Positions 46,740-56,214 of a DNA stretch of 64,000 bases are shown in pieces. Both the position numbers and the translations under genes were made by a program. The first letter of the stretch is position 1; the number at the start of each line of letters is the position of its first letter. The stretch covers positions 1 through 64,000 of the forward strand of contig JACRKZ010000018.1 in NCBI GenBank assembly GCA_016235455.1, given 5' to 3'. The DNA is from Armatimonadota bacterium (GTDB lineage: Bacteria > Armatimonadota > UBA10988). The notes below the pieces were generated by a model that ran no database searches, was not told where the DNA came from, and saw only the letters and a program-made list of their open reading frames with translations.

Positions 46740-47711
46740 ATGAGCAGCGAATGGCGACGCTTTGGCTGGCAGCAGATGACCTTCATGGCGCCGGCTGACT
46801 GGTACCTGACCAAGATCTCCACCGAGCGCGCCTCGGGTGAGCTGTGGCTGTCCGACGCCGACTTGCCGCGCCTGCAGGTCAAGTGGAACGACGCCGCCAG
46901 GGAGAAGAAGGTCAACCCCAAGGGCACCCTGACCGCCTATCTGGCCAGCATCGAGCGCGCGGCCAAGAAGCGCAAGCTGTCCTGGCAGGCCGAGCGCGAC
47001 CTGCGCTTCTTCAAGGGCGGCCAGGCCGACGTGTCCAGCCTTGAGGGTTTCCACTGGACCTCGGAGATTGAGGCTTACGGCGCCATCTGGTACAGCCCGA
47101 AGAGCCTGCGCGTCACGCTCAGCCAGGTCAACGGCAAGACCGGCGAGAGCGACCTCAAGGCACTGGCCAAGCGGGTGCTCAACTCGCTGAGCGACGCACC
47201 CCAGGGCGAACTCGACCTGTGGACCGCCTACGACCTGACCTGCTCGGTGCCGCACGACTTCACGCTGGCCGAACAGCACATGGAGACCGGTCGCACCGAA
47301 CTCGACTTCGTGCGCGGCAAACAGGGCGAAAGGCTAGCCTGCGCGCGCTACGGTCTGGCTGCCATCGCGCTCGAGCGCGTCGGCGACCTGGGTGACTGGG
47401 CCTATCAGCAGCGCTTCAAGGCCTGGTACACCTATGACCTCAAGCGCGAGCTGGCCAATTTCGGCAGTTGGTCTTGCGTCCACTTCAGTGGGCTCAAGAA
47501 GAGCTGGCGCGAACGGCTGCGCCAGCGCATCTACGCCTTCCTCGGTCGCAAACTGCCCGTGGCGCTGAGCGCCTGGGTGTGGCACTGCCCCGAAGAGAAC
47601 GTGATCCTCATTGTCGAGCACCAGCACGACCCGCGCGACGACAGCCTCGTACCCCGGCTCGCGGAGCATATGCTCAGCCGACCAGAGCTGGTCGCGCCGC
47701 CCAAGGGCTGA
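46740..47711 (+). CDS. Hypothetical protein, two repeated alpha/beta halves
   Basis: FGWQQMTFMAPADW and LWTAYDLTCSVPHDF open two similar halves. Confidence 0.75.
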   Translation: MSSEWRRFGWQQMTFMAPADWYLTKISTERASGELWLSDADLPRLQVKWNDAAREKKVNPKGTLTAYLASIERAAKKRKLSWQAERDLRFFKGGQADVSSLEGFHWTSEIEAYGAIWYSPKSLRVTLSQVNGKTGESDLKALAKRVLNSLSDAPQGELDLWTAYDLTCSVPHDFTLAEQHMETGRTELDFVRGKQGERLACARYGLAAIALERVGDLGDWAYQQRFKAWYTYDLKRELANFGSWSCVHFSGLKKSWRERLRQRIYAFLGRKLPVALSAWVWHCPEENVILIVEHQHDPRDDSLVPRLAEHMLSRPELVAPPKG

Positions 47712-47714
47712 GCC

Positions 47715-48500
47715 ATGCGGTTGGCAGCGACCACGGCACGCATCGAGCGGTTCGGCCAGCGCCCGGTCGCCGAGCAACTGGCCCTGGAGATGGGCATCCC
47801 CTTCTTGGAGCGCCGCAATCGTGGCGTTGAGCGCATCCTCGCCGAGGAGGGCCTCGACGGCCTCATCGTGGTCAACGATGAGGATGTGCAGTGGGTTGAC
47901 GGCGCGGGCGGCCGGTTCTTCTGGCACCCGAACATGGCTCTGGTGCGTATCCGTTCGGCGGCTCGCTGCGGCCTGCCCGACCCCATCGCCCGAGCCGGCA
48001 GGCTGGAGCCGGGCGATCGCGTCCTGGATGCCACGCTAGGCCTGGGCGCCGACGCCATCGTGGCCAGTGCGCACGTCGGCGAGACGGGGGTGGTCATCGG
48101 CATCGAGGTCTCGCCGGTCATCGCGGGGCTGGTCCGTAACGGCCTGGCCACGTATCAGCACAAACTCAACGCGTGCATGCGAAGGATTCGCGTGGTTTGC
48201 GGGAACTACGAGGCGCTGCTGGACGATCCCGAACTGGTCGGCGACGGCTGGGCCACGATCTTCTTCGACCCGATGTTCGAGCACACCGTCGAGGGCTCGA
48301 ACGGGTTGGACGGCGTGCGGCGGCTGGCCTGCTACGACCGGCTGACGCCCGAGATCATCGAGCGCGCCCGCCGACTGGCGCGCCGGGCAGTGGTGGTCAA
48401 GGGCCGCGGCAACGACCCGTGGCTCGGCGCGCTGGAGCCCGACCACTGGGTGCAAGGCCGGCACCGGCGCGTGGCCTATGCGGTTTTCGAGCCGAAGTAA
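47715..48500 (+). CDS. Class I SAM-dependent methyltransferase (RsmJ-like)
   Basis: VLDATLGLGADA, FFDPMF, RRAVVVK. Confidence 0.85.
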   Translation: MRLAATTARIERFGQRPVAEQLALEMGIPFLERRNRGVERILAEEGLDGLIVVNDEDVQWVDGAGGRFFWHPNMALVRIRSAARCGLPDPIARAGRLEPGDRVLDATLGLGADAIVASAHVGETGVVIGIEVSPVIAGLVRNGLATYQHKLNACMRRIRVVCGNYEALLDDPELVGDGWATIFFDPMFEHTVEGSNGLDGVRRLACYDRLTPEIIERARRLARRAVVVKGRGNDPWLGALEPDHWVQGRHRRVAYAVFEPK

Positions 48501-48515
48501 GAGAGCTGGAGCGAC

Positions 48516-48887
48516 ATGGACCTGTGGGACGAACTCAAGCGCGGCGCGCAGTCGATCGTGGACGAGGGCAGCAAGTTCGGCAAGATGGCCAAGCTGCGCT
48601 CTCAGGTCCGCGGGCTCGAGGCGGAGCTGGGTGACAAGATCTACGACCTGGGCACCCGCTCGCTGGAGTTGCACCGGCGCAACGAGCTGCATCACTTTGA
48701 GCTCGACGAGTTGTTTGCCGAGATCCAGGCCATGCAACGCGAACTGCGCGAGCGTGAAGCCGAGATCGAGGCCATGGCCGGCCGAGAGCCCAACGCGGCC
48801 GCCAGTGGCGCCTGTCCCGACTGTGGGCAGAAGGTCGTCGAGGGCGACCGCTTCTGCCGAGGGTGTGGCTACCGTCTGAAGGGATGA
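48516..48887 (+). CDS. Coiled-coil protein with C-terminal zinc ribbon
   Basis: CPDCG..FCRGCG. Confidence 0.8.
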   Translation: MDLWDELKRGAQSIVDEGSKFGKMAKLRSQVRGLEAELGDKIYDLGTRSLELHRRNELHHFELDELFAEIQAMQRELREREAEIEAMAGREPNAAASGACPDCGQKVVEGDRFCRGCGYRLKG

Positions 48888-48891
48888 CACG

Positions 48892-49290
48892 ATGAGCAAC
48901 TGGTTTGACCGATTCACGGATCTGGACAAGATGAAGGAACAAGCTGAGGGTTTGTGGGACCGCGGGGTGCGCGAGACCAAGCGCCAGGCCGCGCTGGCCA
49001 AGATCCGCATCCGCCTAATCAGCCTCGAACAGCGCATGAAAGCCGCGCTGCTCACCCTCGGCAAGCAGGTCTGGGACCTGCATTGCGCCGACACGTTGAC
49101 CAAGGACAACCTGGGCAACGCCTTCGACGCCCTGGAGTCGCTGGCTGACGAGATCGCCGAGGCCAAGGCCGACCTGGAGCAGGTCCAGAAGGCCACCACC
49201 GAGGCCGAGATCGCCGAAGCCGTGGCCGATGACACGCCCATCGATGAGGCGCCCGCCGGCGACGATGAGCCGGAGCGCAATCTGGAGTAG
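48892..49290 (+). CDS. Coiled-coil hypothetical protein with acidic tail
   Basis: Heptad-rich; similar to the preceding gene's N-terminal part. Confidence 0.75.
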   Translation: MSNWFDRFTDLDKMKEQAEGLWDRGVRETKRQAALAKIRIRLISLEQRMKAALLTLGKQVWDLHCADTLTKDNLGNAFDALESLADEIAEAKADLEQVQKATTEAEIAEAVADDTPIDEAPAGDDEPERNLE

Positions 49291-49308
49291 GCGTCGTCTT
49301 GGTTTGTG

Positions 49309-49367
49309 GTTCTGCCTTCAGGCGGTCGCAGCTCGCCCAGCGCGTCGCGACCGCCTGAAGGCAGAAC
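49309..49367. repeat. REP-like palindrome
   Basis: gttctgccttcaggcggtcgc...gcgaccgcctgaaggcagaac, 21-bp perfect arms. Confidence 0.8.
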
Positions 49368-49409
49368 TTCGTACGCGCGCGTGTATAATGAGCCCCTGGA
49401 GTATGGCGC

Positions 49410-50312
49410 GTGGCGTGTTCGGTGGCCGAGAAGTATCGTCTGGACGAGGATCGGCCGATCGGGCTCGATGAGGCTCGTCGGCTGGCTGAGCAGTTGGCCA
49501 CCAGCCAGTATGAGAACTTCACCGTCGTCTCGTGGATGCTACCCAAACCGCTCCGACAGCACTTCTACAATGTCTACGCCTACTGCCGCGTAAGCGACGA
49601 TCTGGCCGATGAGGTAGGCGACACCGCTACCTCGCTGGACCTCCTCGACCGCTGGCGTACCGGACTGCACGCCATGTATGCCGGCCGACCCGACCACTGG
49701 GTGTTCACGGCTCTGGCCGACACGGTGGCCCAGTTCGACATCCCGGCCGACCCCTTCGACCACCTGCTCGATGCTTTCGTGCAGGACCAGCGTCAGCCGC
49801 GCTATGAGACCTACGACGACCTGCTGGGCTACTGCGTCAACAGCGCCAATCCCGTCGGGCAACTCGTGCTGTATCTCGGCGGCTACCGTGATGCCGAGCG
49901 ATTTGCGCTGAGCGACCACACCTGCACGGCGCTGCAACTGACCAACTTCTGGCAGGACGTGGCCCGTGACTGGGACAAAGGCCGTGTGTATCTGCCGCTC
50001 GAGGACATGCGCCGCTTCGGCGTGACCGAAGAGCAGATCGCGCAACGACGATTCACCGCCGAGTACCGGGACCTGTTGGCCTTCGAGTGCGCGCGGGCCA
50101 AGTCGCTGTTCGACCAGGGCGCCCGGCTGCTGGACATGATCGACGGTCATGTGCGGCGCGACGTGGCGCTGTTCACCGCGGGCGGCGTGGCCATCCTGCG
50201 GCGCATCGAGGCCGCCGGCTACGACACGTTGAGCAGCCGCCCCACGCTGGGCAAGGCCGGCAAGGTGATGCTCATGCTGCGTGTGCTGCTGGGAGGTCAA
50301 CCGTGGCGCTGA
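49410..50312 (+). CDS. hpnC: Squalene synthase HpnC
   Basis: YENFTVVS, YAYCRVSDDLADE, SANPVG, ALQLTNFWQD; TATAAT at 49384. Confidence 0.92.
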   Translation: MACSVAEKYRLDEDRPIGLDEARRLAEQLATSQYENFTVVSWMLPKPLRQHFYNVYAYCRVSDDLADEVGDTATSLDLLDRWRTGLHAMYAGRPDHWVFTALADTVAQFDIPADPFDHLLDAFVQDQRQPRYETYDDLLGYCVNSANPVGQLVLYLGGYRDAERFALSDHTCTALQLTNFWQDVARDWDKGRVYLPLEDMRRFGVTEEQIAQRRFTAEYRDLLAFECARAKSLFDQGARLLDMIDGHVRRDVALFTAGGVAILRRIEAAGYDTLSSRPTLGKAGKVMLMLRVLLGGQPWR

Positions 50313-51169
50313 GCCTGGTCGACAGCTATGACGTGTGCCGCCGCGTGGTGGCTGCCGCCGGCAGCAGCTTCGAGGCCGGCATGAAGCTCTTCCCCGCCGA
50401 CCGCCGCGACGCGGTCTACGCGCTGTACGCCTTCTTCCGCATCAGCGACGACCTCGTTGATGACGGCGAGGAGTCGATGCGCGCGGCCGAATTCGGCGTC
50501 TGGCAGGAGGATGTGCGCGCCGCGCTGGGGGGCGCCGAGCCCAACCACGACTGCCTGCCCGCTGTGCTCGACGCGGTCCGGCGCTTCGAGCTGCCCGCTG
50601 CCATCTTCACCGACTGCCTCGACGCCTGCGCCGAGGACCTGGGCTCCGTGCGGCTGGCCGACTGGGCCGCCGTGGACCGCTACTGCGACGGCGTGGCCGG
50701 CACCGTCGGCGAGGCCTGCCTGCGCATCCTGGGCGACAGCGACGACCAAGTGCTGGGGCTGTCGAAGCTCAATGCGCGCGCCGTGCAGCTGACCAACATC
50801 ATCCGCGACATCGACGAGGATCTGACGCGCGACCGCATCTACCTGCCCACCGACCTGCTCGACCGGCATGGGGTGAGCCACGATGACCTGGCCGCCGAGG
50901 ACCGCCCGGCCAGCCTCGTGGCCGCGCTGACCGAAGCCGCCGAGCGCGCCGAGTCGCTCTACCACGACGCCGAACCGCTCTTCCCGCTCCTGGCGGCGCG
51001 CCACCGGCCGCCGATTGTGGCCATGACGCTGCGCTATCGCGAACTGCTCGGCCAACTGCGTCGTGAGGGCTTCCGCGAGAAGGGCCGCGCCAGCCTCAGC
51101 GGCACCGGCAAGCTGGGCGTGCTGGCCTCGGTGCTGGCCTCACCCTGGATGCCGACGTGGCGGCGCTGA
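50303..51169 (+). CDS. hpnD: Presqualene diphosphate synthase HpnD
   Basis: GSSF, LYAFFRISDDLVD, YCDGVAGTVG, QLTNIIRDIDED, RIYLP. Confidence 0.88.
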   Translation: MALSLVDSYDVCRRVVAAAGSSFEAGMKLFPADRRDAVYALYAFFRISDDLVDDGEESMRAAEFGVWQEDVRAALGGAEPNHDCLPAVLDAVRRFELPAAIFTDCLDACAEDLGSVRLADWAAVDRYCDGVAGTVGEACLRILGDSDDQVLGLSKLNARAVQLTNIIRDIDEDLTRDRIYLPTDLLDRHGVSHDDLAAEDRPASLVAALTEAAERAESLYHDAEPLFPLLAARHRPPIVAMTLRYRELLGQLRREGFREKGRASLSGTGKLGVLASVLASPWMPTWRR

Positions 51170-52506
51170 GTCGACCGCGTTGCCTGGTCGTCGGCGGCGG
51201 CGTGGCGGGTGTCACCGCCGCCGTGGCGCTGGCCCAGGCCGGCCGCCAGGTCACGCTCTGTGAGCAACGCCCGACGCTGGGCGGCAAGGCGTCGTCGTTC
51301 GTGCCTCCGGGCCGCAGCCAGCTGGTCGACAACAGCCAGCATGTACTGCTGCGCTGTTGCACCAGCCTGCTGGCACTCTACGAGACGCTGGGCACGGCCG
51401 ACCTGATCGACTGGCACGACAGCCTGCCGTTGCTGGCCGAGGACGGTACGCGTGGCGCCTTCCGGGCCTGGTCGGCGCTGCCGCCGCCGCTCAATCTGGC
51501 GCCCGCCATGCTGGCGCTGCCGGGCCTGTCGGTGCGCGACCGGCTCATGCTGGGCCTGGCCTTTGGCCGCATGATCCTGGCCGACCGCCACCGGCCCGAC
51601 GACCGCACCTTTGCCCAGTGGCTCGGCCGTTGCACCACGACCCACCTCGACCGCGGCTTCTGGCGGCTGATGCTGACCAGCGTGCTCAACGCCGAGGCCG
51701 ACCAGGTGTCAGCCCGCTACGCGCTGCTCTTCTTCCTGGACGGGCTGATGCGCCACCGCCAGGCCTACCACCTCGGCGTGCCGCGCGTGCCACTGTCGGT
51801 GCTGCACCACGACGCGCCCATCGCCTGGCTGTCCAGCCGCGGCCACCGGGTGTGCACACGCACGCTGGCCACCGTGCGCCCCGACACGGGCGGCTTCGCG
51901 GCGCGACTGGGCGAGGCCACCGAGCGGTTCGATGCCGTGGTGCTGGCGGTACGGCCGGAGCAGGTGGCGCGCGTGGTGGACGCCGAGCTGGCGACGGAGT
52001 TGGTGGGCGACCTGCCCGCGACGATGACCGCGGAGAGCATTGTCGGCGTGCACCTGTGGTTCGACCAGCCGGTGGACTGGCCGCCTGTCCTGGGGCTGAT
52101 GCGGCACGACGTGGACTGGGTGTTCGCGCTCGACGGCGGCCGGCGGCTGAGCGTGGTGACCAGCGCGGCGCGTAGTTGGCAGGGCCTGTCGCCCGCCGCG
52201 GCGGCGCAGCGTGCCGTTGCGGCGTTGCGCGCCGTCGATCCGCGGCTGCCGGAGCCGTCCGCCCATGCCGCCTGCCGCGAGGCACAAGCGACCTTTGTGC
52301 CGGCGCCCGGGCTCGATGCGCGGCGGCCGGGGGCGGCCACGACTGTTCCTGGCCTGGCCCTGGCGGGCGTGTGGACCAACACCGGCTGGCCGGCCACGAT
52401 GGAAGGCGCGGCGCGCAGCGGTTACCGCGCGGCCGAGGCGTTGACGGGGCAGGAACTCGTCCCGACCGACCTGCCCCGCCAGGGGCTTTTCCGGGTTACT
52501 TGTTGA
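51157..52506 (+). CDS. hpnE: Hydroxysqualene dehydroxylase HpnE
   Basis: GGGVAG FAD motif, [21 protein letters not shown]. Confidence 0.9.
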   Translation: MAALSRPRCLVVGGGVAGVTAAVALAQAGRQVTLCEQRPTLGGKASSFVPPGRSQLVDNSQHVLLRCCTSLLALYETLGTADLIDWHDSLPLLAEDGTRGAFRAWSALPPPLNLAPAMLALPGLSVRDRLMLGLAFGRMILADRHRPDDRTFAQWLGRCTTTHLDRGFWRLMLTSVLNAEADQVSARYALLFFLDGLMRHRQAYHLGVPRVPLSVLHHDAPIAWLSSRGHRVCTRTLATVRPDTGGFAARLGEATERFDAVVLAVRPEQVARVVDAELATELVGDLPATMTAESIVGVHLWFDQPVDWPPVLGLMRHDVDWVFALDGGRRLSVVTSAARSWQGLSPAAAAQRAVAALRAVDPRLPEPSAHAACREAQATFVPAPGLDARRPGAATTVPGLALAGVWTNTGWPATMEGAARSGYRAAEALTGQELVPTDLPRQGLFRVTC

Positions 52507-52738
52507 ACCAGGAGGCGTTGATCTCGGTGAACTTCGCCCATTCCTCGGGGATGTCGGCGTCCTCGAAGATGGCGTCGACGGGACACTCCGGCTGGCAGGC
52601 GCCGCAGTCAATGCACTCGTCGGGATGAATGACGAGCATGCGCAGGTCCGGCGCCTCGTAGATGCAGTCGACCGGACAGACGTCGACACAGGCCTTGTCC
52701 ATCACGTCAATGCAGGGTTCGGCGATCACATACGGCAT
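52496..52738 (-). CDS. fdxA: Ferredoxin (7Fe FdxA type)
   Basis: [24 protein letters not shown]...[17 protein letters not shown]. Confidence 0.92.
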   Translation of the reverse strand: MPYVIAEPCIDVMDKACVDVCPVDCIYEAPDLRMLVIHPDECIDCGACQPECPVDAIFEDADIPEEWAKFTEINASWFNK

Positions 52739-52857
52739 GGCATCCTCCAATGGCCCGCGAGAGACCTCTATCCAAGATGACTCCAAACGGCCAAGCCGTC
52801 TAGACTTGACACCAGAGTCGTCGCTCGCCTAGCATGGCCACAGGAAGCACGCTCGCC

Positions 52858-53403
52858 ATGGCTGACAGCAACCTGCCCCGCCGCGACCACGCCGTCCTGG
52901 CTATCATCGACGTCCAGGCCCGGCTGGTGCCCGCCATGGCCGAGTTTGGCCCGACCTTGGTCAACATCCGCCGGCTGACGCGCGGCGCCAAGGCCTTGGC
53001 TTTGCCCATCCTGGTCACCGAGCAGTATCCACGAGGACTGGGGCCGACGGTGCCCAGCGTGGCGCGGCTCGTGCCGGGCCCGTACCCGGCCAAGACCGCC
53101 TTCTCCTGCTTCGGCTGCGAGCCGTTCGCCCAGGCCGCCGAGGCGCATGACGAGTTGATCCTGTGTGGCATAGAGGCGCATGTCTGCGTGCTGCAGACCG
53201 CGCTCGGCGGCCTCGCGCGCGGCAAGCGGGTGTTCGTGGCCGCGGATGCCGTGACGTCGCGAGCCGTGGCCAACCGTCAGGCGGCACTGGCCGAGTTGGC
53301 GGCGGCCGGCGTGGTGATCGCGCCCACCGAGACGCTGCTGTTCGGGCTGCTGGGTGCCGCCGGCAGCCCGGAGTTCAAGGCCATTAGCCGCTTGGTGAAG
53401 TAG
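52858..53403 (+). CDS. Isochorismatase family hydrolase
   Basis: IIDVQ, TEQYPRGLG, KTAFSC, GIEAHVCVLQT. Confidence 0.9.
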   Translation: MADSNLPRRDHAVLAIIDVQARLVPAMAEFGPTLVNIRRLTRGAKALALPILVTEQYPRGLGPTVPSVARLVPGPYPAKTAFSCFGCEPFAQAAEAHDELILCGIEAHVCVLQTALGGLARGKRVFVAADAVTSRAVANRQAALAELAAAGVVIAPTETLLFGLLGAAGSPEFKAISRLVK

Positions 53404-53455
53404 ACTCGGGAACAGCCCACGACGCGTGGGCGATAGTGATGGGTGGAGGGTCTGC

Positions 53456-54226
53456 ATGAGAGGACTGATAAGCGGGTTCACCGCGGTGCTCCGCGGCGCG
53501 AAGATGCTGGCGGGCAGCCGCCGGCTCAAGCGACTGGCGGTCATGCCCGTGGCGCTGTCGCTGGTGACGCTGGTGCTGCTGAGCTACCTGTTCCTGCATT
53601 ACGGGCAGGCGTACATCACGGCCAAGCTTCCCGCCGACGGCATCTGGGCCACCTTGGGCACCGTGGCCAGCACTGTCGTGCTGCTGCTCGGAGCTGTGGT
53701 GGCGGCGTTCTATGCCTCCATGCTCATCAGCCAGCCGTTCATGGACCCGCTGAGCGCGGCCACCGAGGCTGAACTCGAGAGCTTGCCGGTCACCGCGGGC
53801 GGCGGCGGCGTGCGGGCCGTGGTGCGCGAGGGATGGCTGGTGGTGGTCGACGTCGCGGTCGACATGTTCTGGCTGGTGGTCATCCAGGCGCTCCTCCTGC
53901 TCCTGCACTTCACACCGTTCGGCTGGCTGCAACCCGTGCTGGCCTGGACCGCCGCGGCGTGGTTCACTGGCACCGGCATCGTGTGCAGCCCGCTGGTGCG
54001 CCGCGGCTGGCGCGGCCGCAAGCGCTGGCGTGTCATGCGACGGCATTTCGGCGTGGTGCTGGGCGTGGGCACGGGCGCTGCCCTGCTCGCGATGGTGCCG
54101 CTGGCGCAGTTGCTGACTCTGCCCATCGCCGTTGTTGGCGGCACCATGGCCATGGTCGACGTGGAACGAGCCGGCCGTCTGCCGCACAACCTGCCCGAGG
54201 CCGAACCGGCGCCCGGCGATGCCTGA
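53456..54226 (+). CDS. EI24/CysZ-like membrane protein
   Basis: PFMDPLS motif; TM pattern; C-terminal PIAVVGGT. Confidence 0.7.
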   Translation: MRGLISGFTAVLRGAKMLAGSRRLKRLAVMPVALSLVTLVLLSYLFLHYGQAYITAKLPADGIWATLGTVASTVVLLLGAVVAAFYASMLISQPFMDPLSAATEAELESLPVTAGGGGVRAVVREGWLVVVDVAVDMFWLVVIQALLLLLHFTPFGWLQPVLAWTAAAWFTGTGIVCSPLVRRGWRGRKRWRVMRRHFGVVLGVGTGAALLAMVPLAQLLTLPIAVVGGTMAMVDVERAGRLPHNLPEAEPAPGDA

Positions 54227-55181
54227 GCCAGGCCAGCAGACCATCGTCATCTGGCCCGACGGCACCGTCGTTGTGCCTGACCTGGCCGATGGGCTGCAAG
54301 GTCTGTCCGATATCGGCCCCCTGCCGTGGCAACTCGGCCGCCACCAGCGCGCCGACCTCGCCGCGCGCGCGGTGCAAGCACGGGAACTGCTGGGGCCTAC
54401 CTGCCTGCTCTGCGCACGCCGTTGCGCGGTGGATCGGCGGCGTGGCGAGCGCGGGTTCTGCGGGCTGGGCGCCGAGGTGAGCTGGGCACCCGAGACACTG
54501 CTGTGGGGCGAGGAGCCCGAGTTGGGCCGGCCCGGCCTGGCGCTGGCGCCGCTGGGCTGCGGGCTGCGTTGCGCGTTCTGCTATCGGCCCGAGTGGCTCG
54601 ACTCGACCAACAACCCCCACCCCAGCCCTCGCCGCGAGCAGGGAGGGAGTGAGAAGTCCGTCGCCCCGTGCACGGGGGGACGACAGGGGGGGCTGGATGC
54701 CGCGGTCCACCTGCACCTGCTCGGCGGCAATCCCGACGAGAGCCTGCCGTTTGTCATCGAGATGCTGGCTGCCCGGCAGGATCCCAGGCCGGTGGTCTGG
54801 AATACCCACGCCTACGTGACACCCGAGGGCGCCGCGCTGCTCGAGGGCGTAGCCGACGCCATCGTGGCCGACCTGAAGTTCGGGCCGGGCCGCTGCGCGA
54901 GCGAGTTGGCCGGCGTGAGCGACTACTGGCAGCACGCCACCGCGTCGCTGGCGCTGTGGGCCACGCTGAATGTCGACCTGCTGGTGCGGCATGTGGCGCT
55001 GCCCGGCCACATCGAGTGCTGCGCGCGGCCGGTGGCTGCCTGGATGGCCGAGCACCTGCCGGCGGTCACGTTCAGGATTCTGGAGCAGTATGAGCCGTGG
55101 GGCCGAGCCTGGCAGATCCCGGGCCTGGCGCGCCGGTTGGACGAGGCAGAGCGGGCCGCGCTGGCGACCCTGAAAGGATAG
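54219..55181 (+). CDS. Radical SAM protein, PflX-like
   Basis: CLLCARRCAVDR..GFC, WGEEP, GCGLRCAFC, VVWNT, DLKFG, LLVRH..PGHIECC. Confidence 0.82.
   Translation: MPEPGQQTIVIWPDGTVVVPDLADGLQGLSDIGPLPWQLGRHQRADLAARAVQARELLGPTCLLCARRCAVDRRRGERGFCGLGAEVSWAPETLLWGEEPELGRPGLALAPLGCGLRCAFCYRPEWLDSTNNPHPSPRREQGGSEKSVAPCTGGRQGGLDAAVHLHLLGGNPDESLPFVIEMLAARQDPRPVVWNTHAYVTPEGAALLEGVADAIVADLKFGPGRCASELAGVSDYWQHATASLALWATLNVDLLVRHVALPGHIECCARPVAAWMAEHLPAVTFRILEQYEPWGRAWQIPGLARRLDEAERAALATLKG
54614..54692. repeat. Palindromic REP-like element within the radical SAM ORF
   Basis: cccccaccccagccctc..gggagggag..ccccgtgcacgggg..caggggggg. Confidence 0.6.
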
Positions 55182-55188
55182 TGGCGCG

Positions 55189-56208
55189 ATGAGTCGGAAG
55201 ACGGTACTGATGGCCATGCCGCGAAGTGCGTACTCACGCACGTTTCGGGCCGAGGAGCAGGAGCGCCTGATCCGCGACTTCGACGTGATCTGGCCCGAGA
55301 GCAATCCCTCCGCCGCGGACATGCTGGCCCTGGCCGACGGTCGACAGATCGACGCGGTGATCACCGTGTGGGGCGCACCAGCCTTCCCGACCGCCTTCTG
55401 GCAGGCGCATCCCGAGTGCCGCTTCTTCGGCCACATGGCCGGCAGCGTGAAGCACTTCTTCCCCGACGCCACGCCGCAGTACTTGCTCGACCACGGCATC
55501 ACCGTCGTCTCCGGCCAGTTCGGGCTGGGCATCAACGTGGCCGAGATGACCGTGGCCTGCATGGTCACCCTCGCCCGCCAGTTCCCGCTGCTGTGGCGCA
55601 AGCTGCGCGACGAGGGCGCCTGGCGCGTGCCCGAAGTGCCGTTCGAGCCGCAAGGCCTGCTCGGCGCCACGGTCGGCCTGGTGGCCGCCAGCGTCATCGG
55701 CCGGCTGGTTATTGAGATGATCAAGCCGTTCCGCTGCCGGGTGCTGGTCTTCGACCCCTACCTGCCCGATGACAAGGCGGCCGAACTGGGCGTGGAGAAG
55801 GTCAGCCTGGAGCGTCTGCTGGCCGAGAGCGACATCATCTCCATGCACCATCCGCAGACGCCAGAGACCGACCGCATGATCGGCGCGGCGCAGTTCAAGC
55901 TTATCCGCGACGGCGCGGTGTTCATCAATACCGCGCGACCGCGCGCGCTCGACCCCGAGGCCCTGCTGGCCGCGGCCCAGGAGCAGCGCTTCACCATCGC
56001 GCTCGACGTCACCGAGCCCGAGCCGCTGCCGGCCGATCACGCCCTGCGCGCACTGCCCAACGTGTGGCTCACGCCGCATGTCGCCGGCACCGGCCGCTAT
56101 GGCGCACTGATGGTCGGCGACATCGTCATGGAGAGCCTGGACCAGCACCTGGCGGGCCAGCCGGTCACCTGGCGCTATCCCATTGAGCGGCTCGACCTGA
56201 TGGCCTGA
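55189..56208 (+). CDS. D-2-hydroxyacid dehydrogenase family protein
   Basis: VAE, FDPY, FINTAR, LDVTEPEP, LTPHVAG. Confidence 0.9.
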   Translation: MSRKTVLMAMPRSAYSRTFRAEEQERLIRDFDVIWPESNPSAADMLALADGRQIDAVITVWGAPAFPTAFWQAHPECRFFGHMAGSVKHFFPDATPQYLLDHGITVVSGQFGLGINVAEMTVACMVTLARQFPLLWRKLRDEGAWRVPEVPFEPQGLLGATVGLVAASVIGRLVIEMIKPFRCRVLVFDPYLPDDKAAELGVEKVSLERLLAESDIISMHHPQTPETDRMIGAAQFKLIRDGAVFINTARPRALDPEALLAAAQEQRFTIALDVTEPEPLPADHALRALPNVWLTPHVAGTGRYGALMVGDIVMESLDQHLAGQPVTWRYPIERLDLMA

Positions 56209-56214
56209 TTCCGC

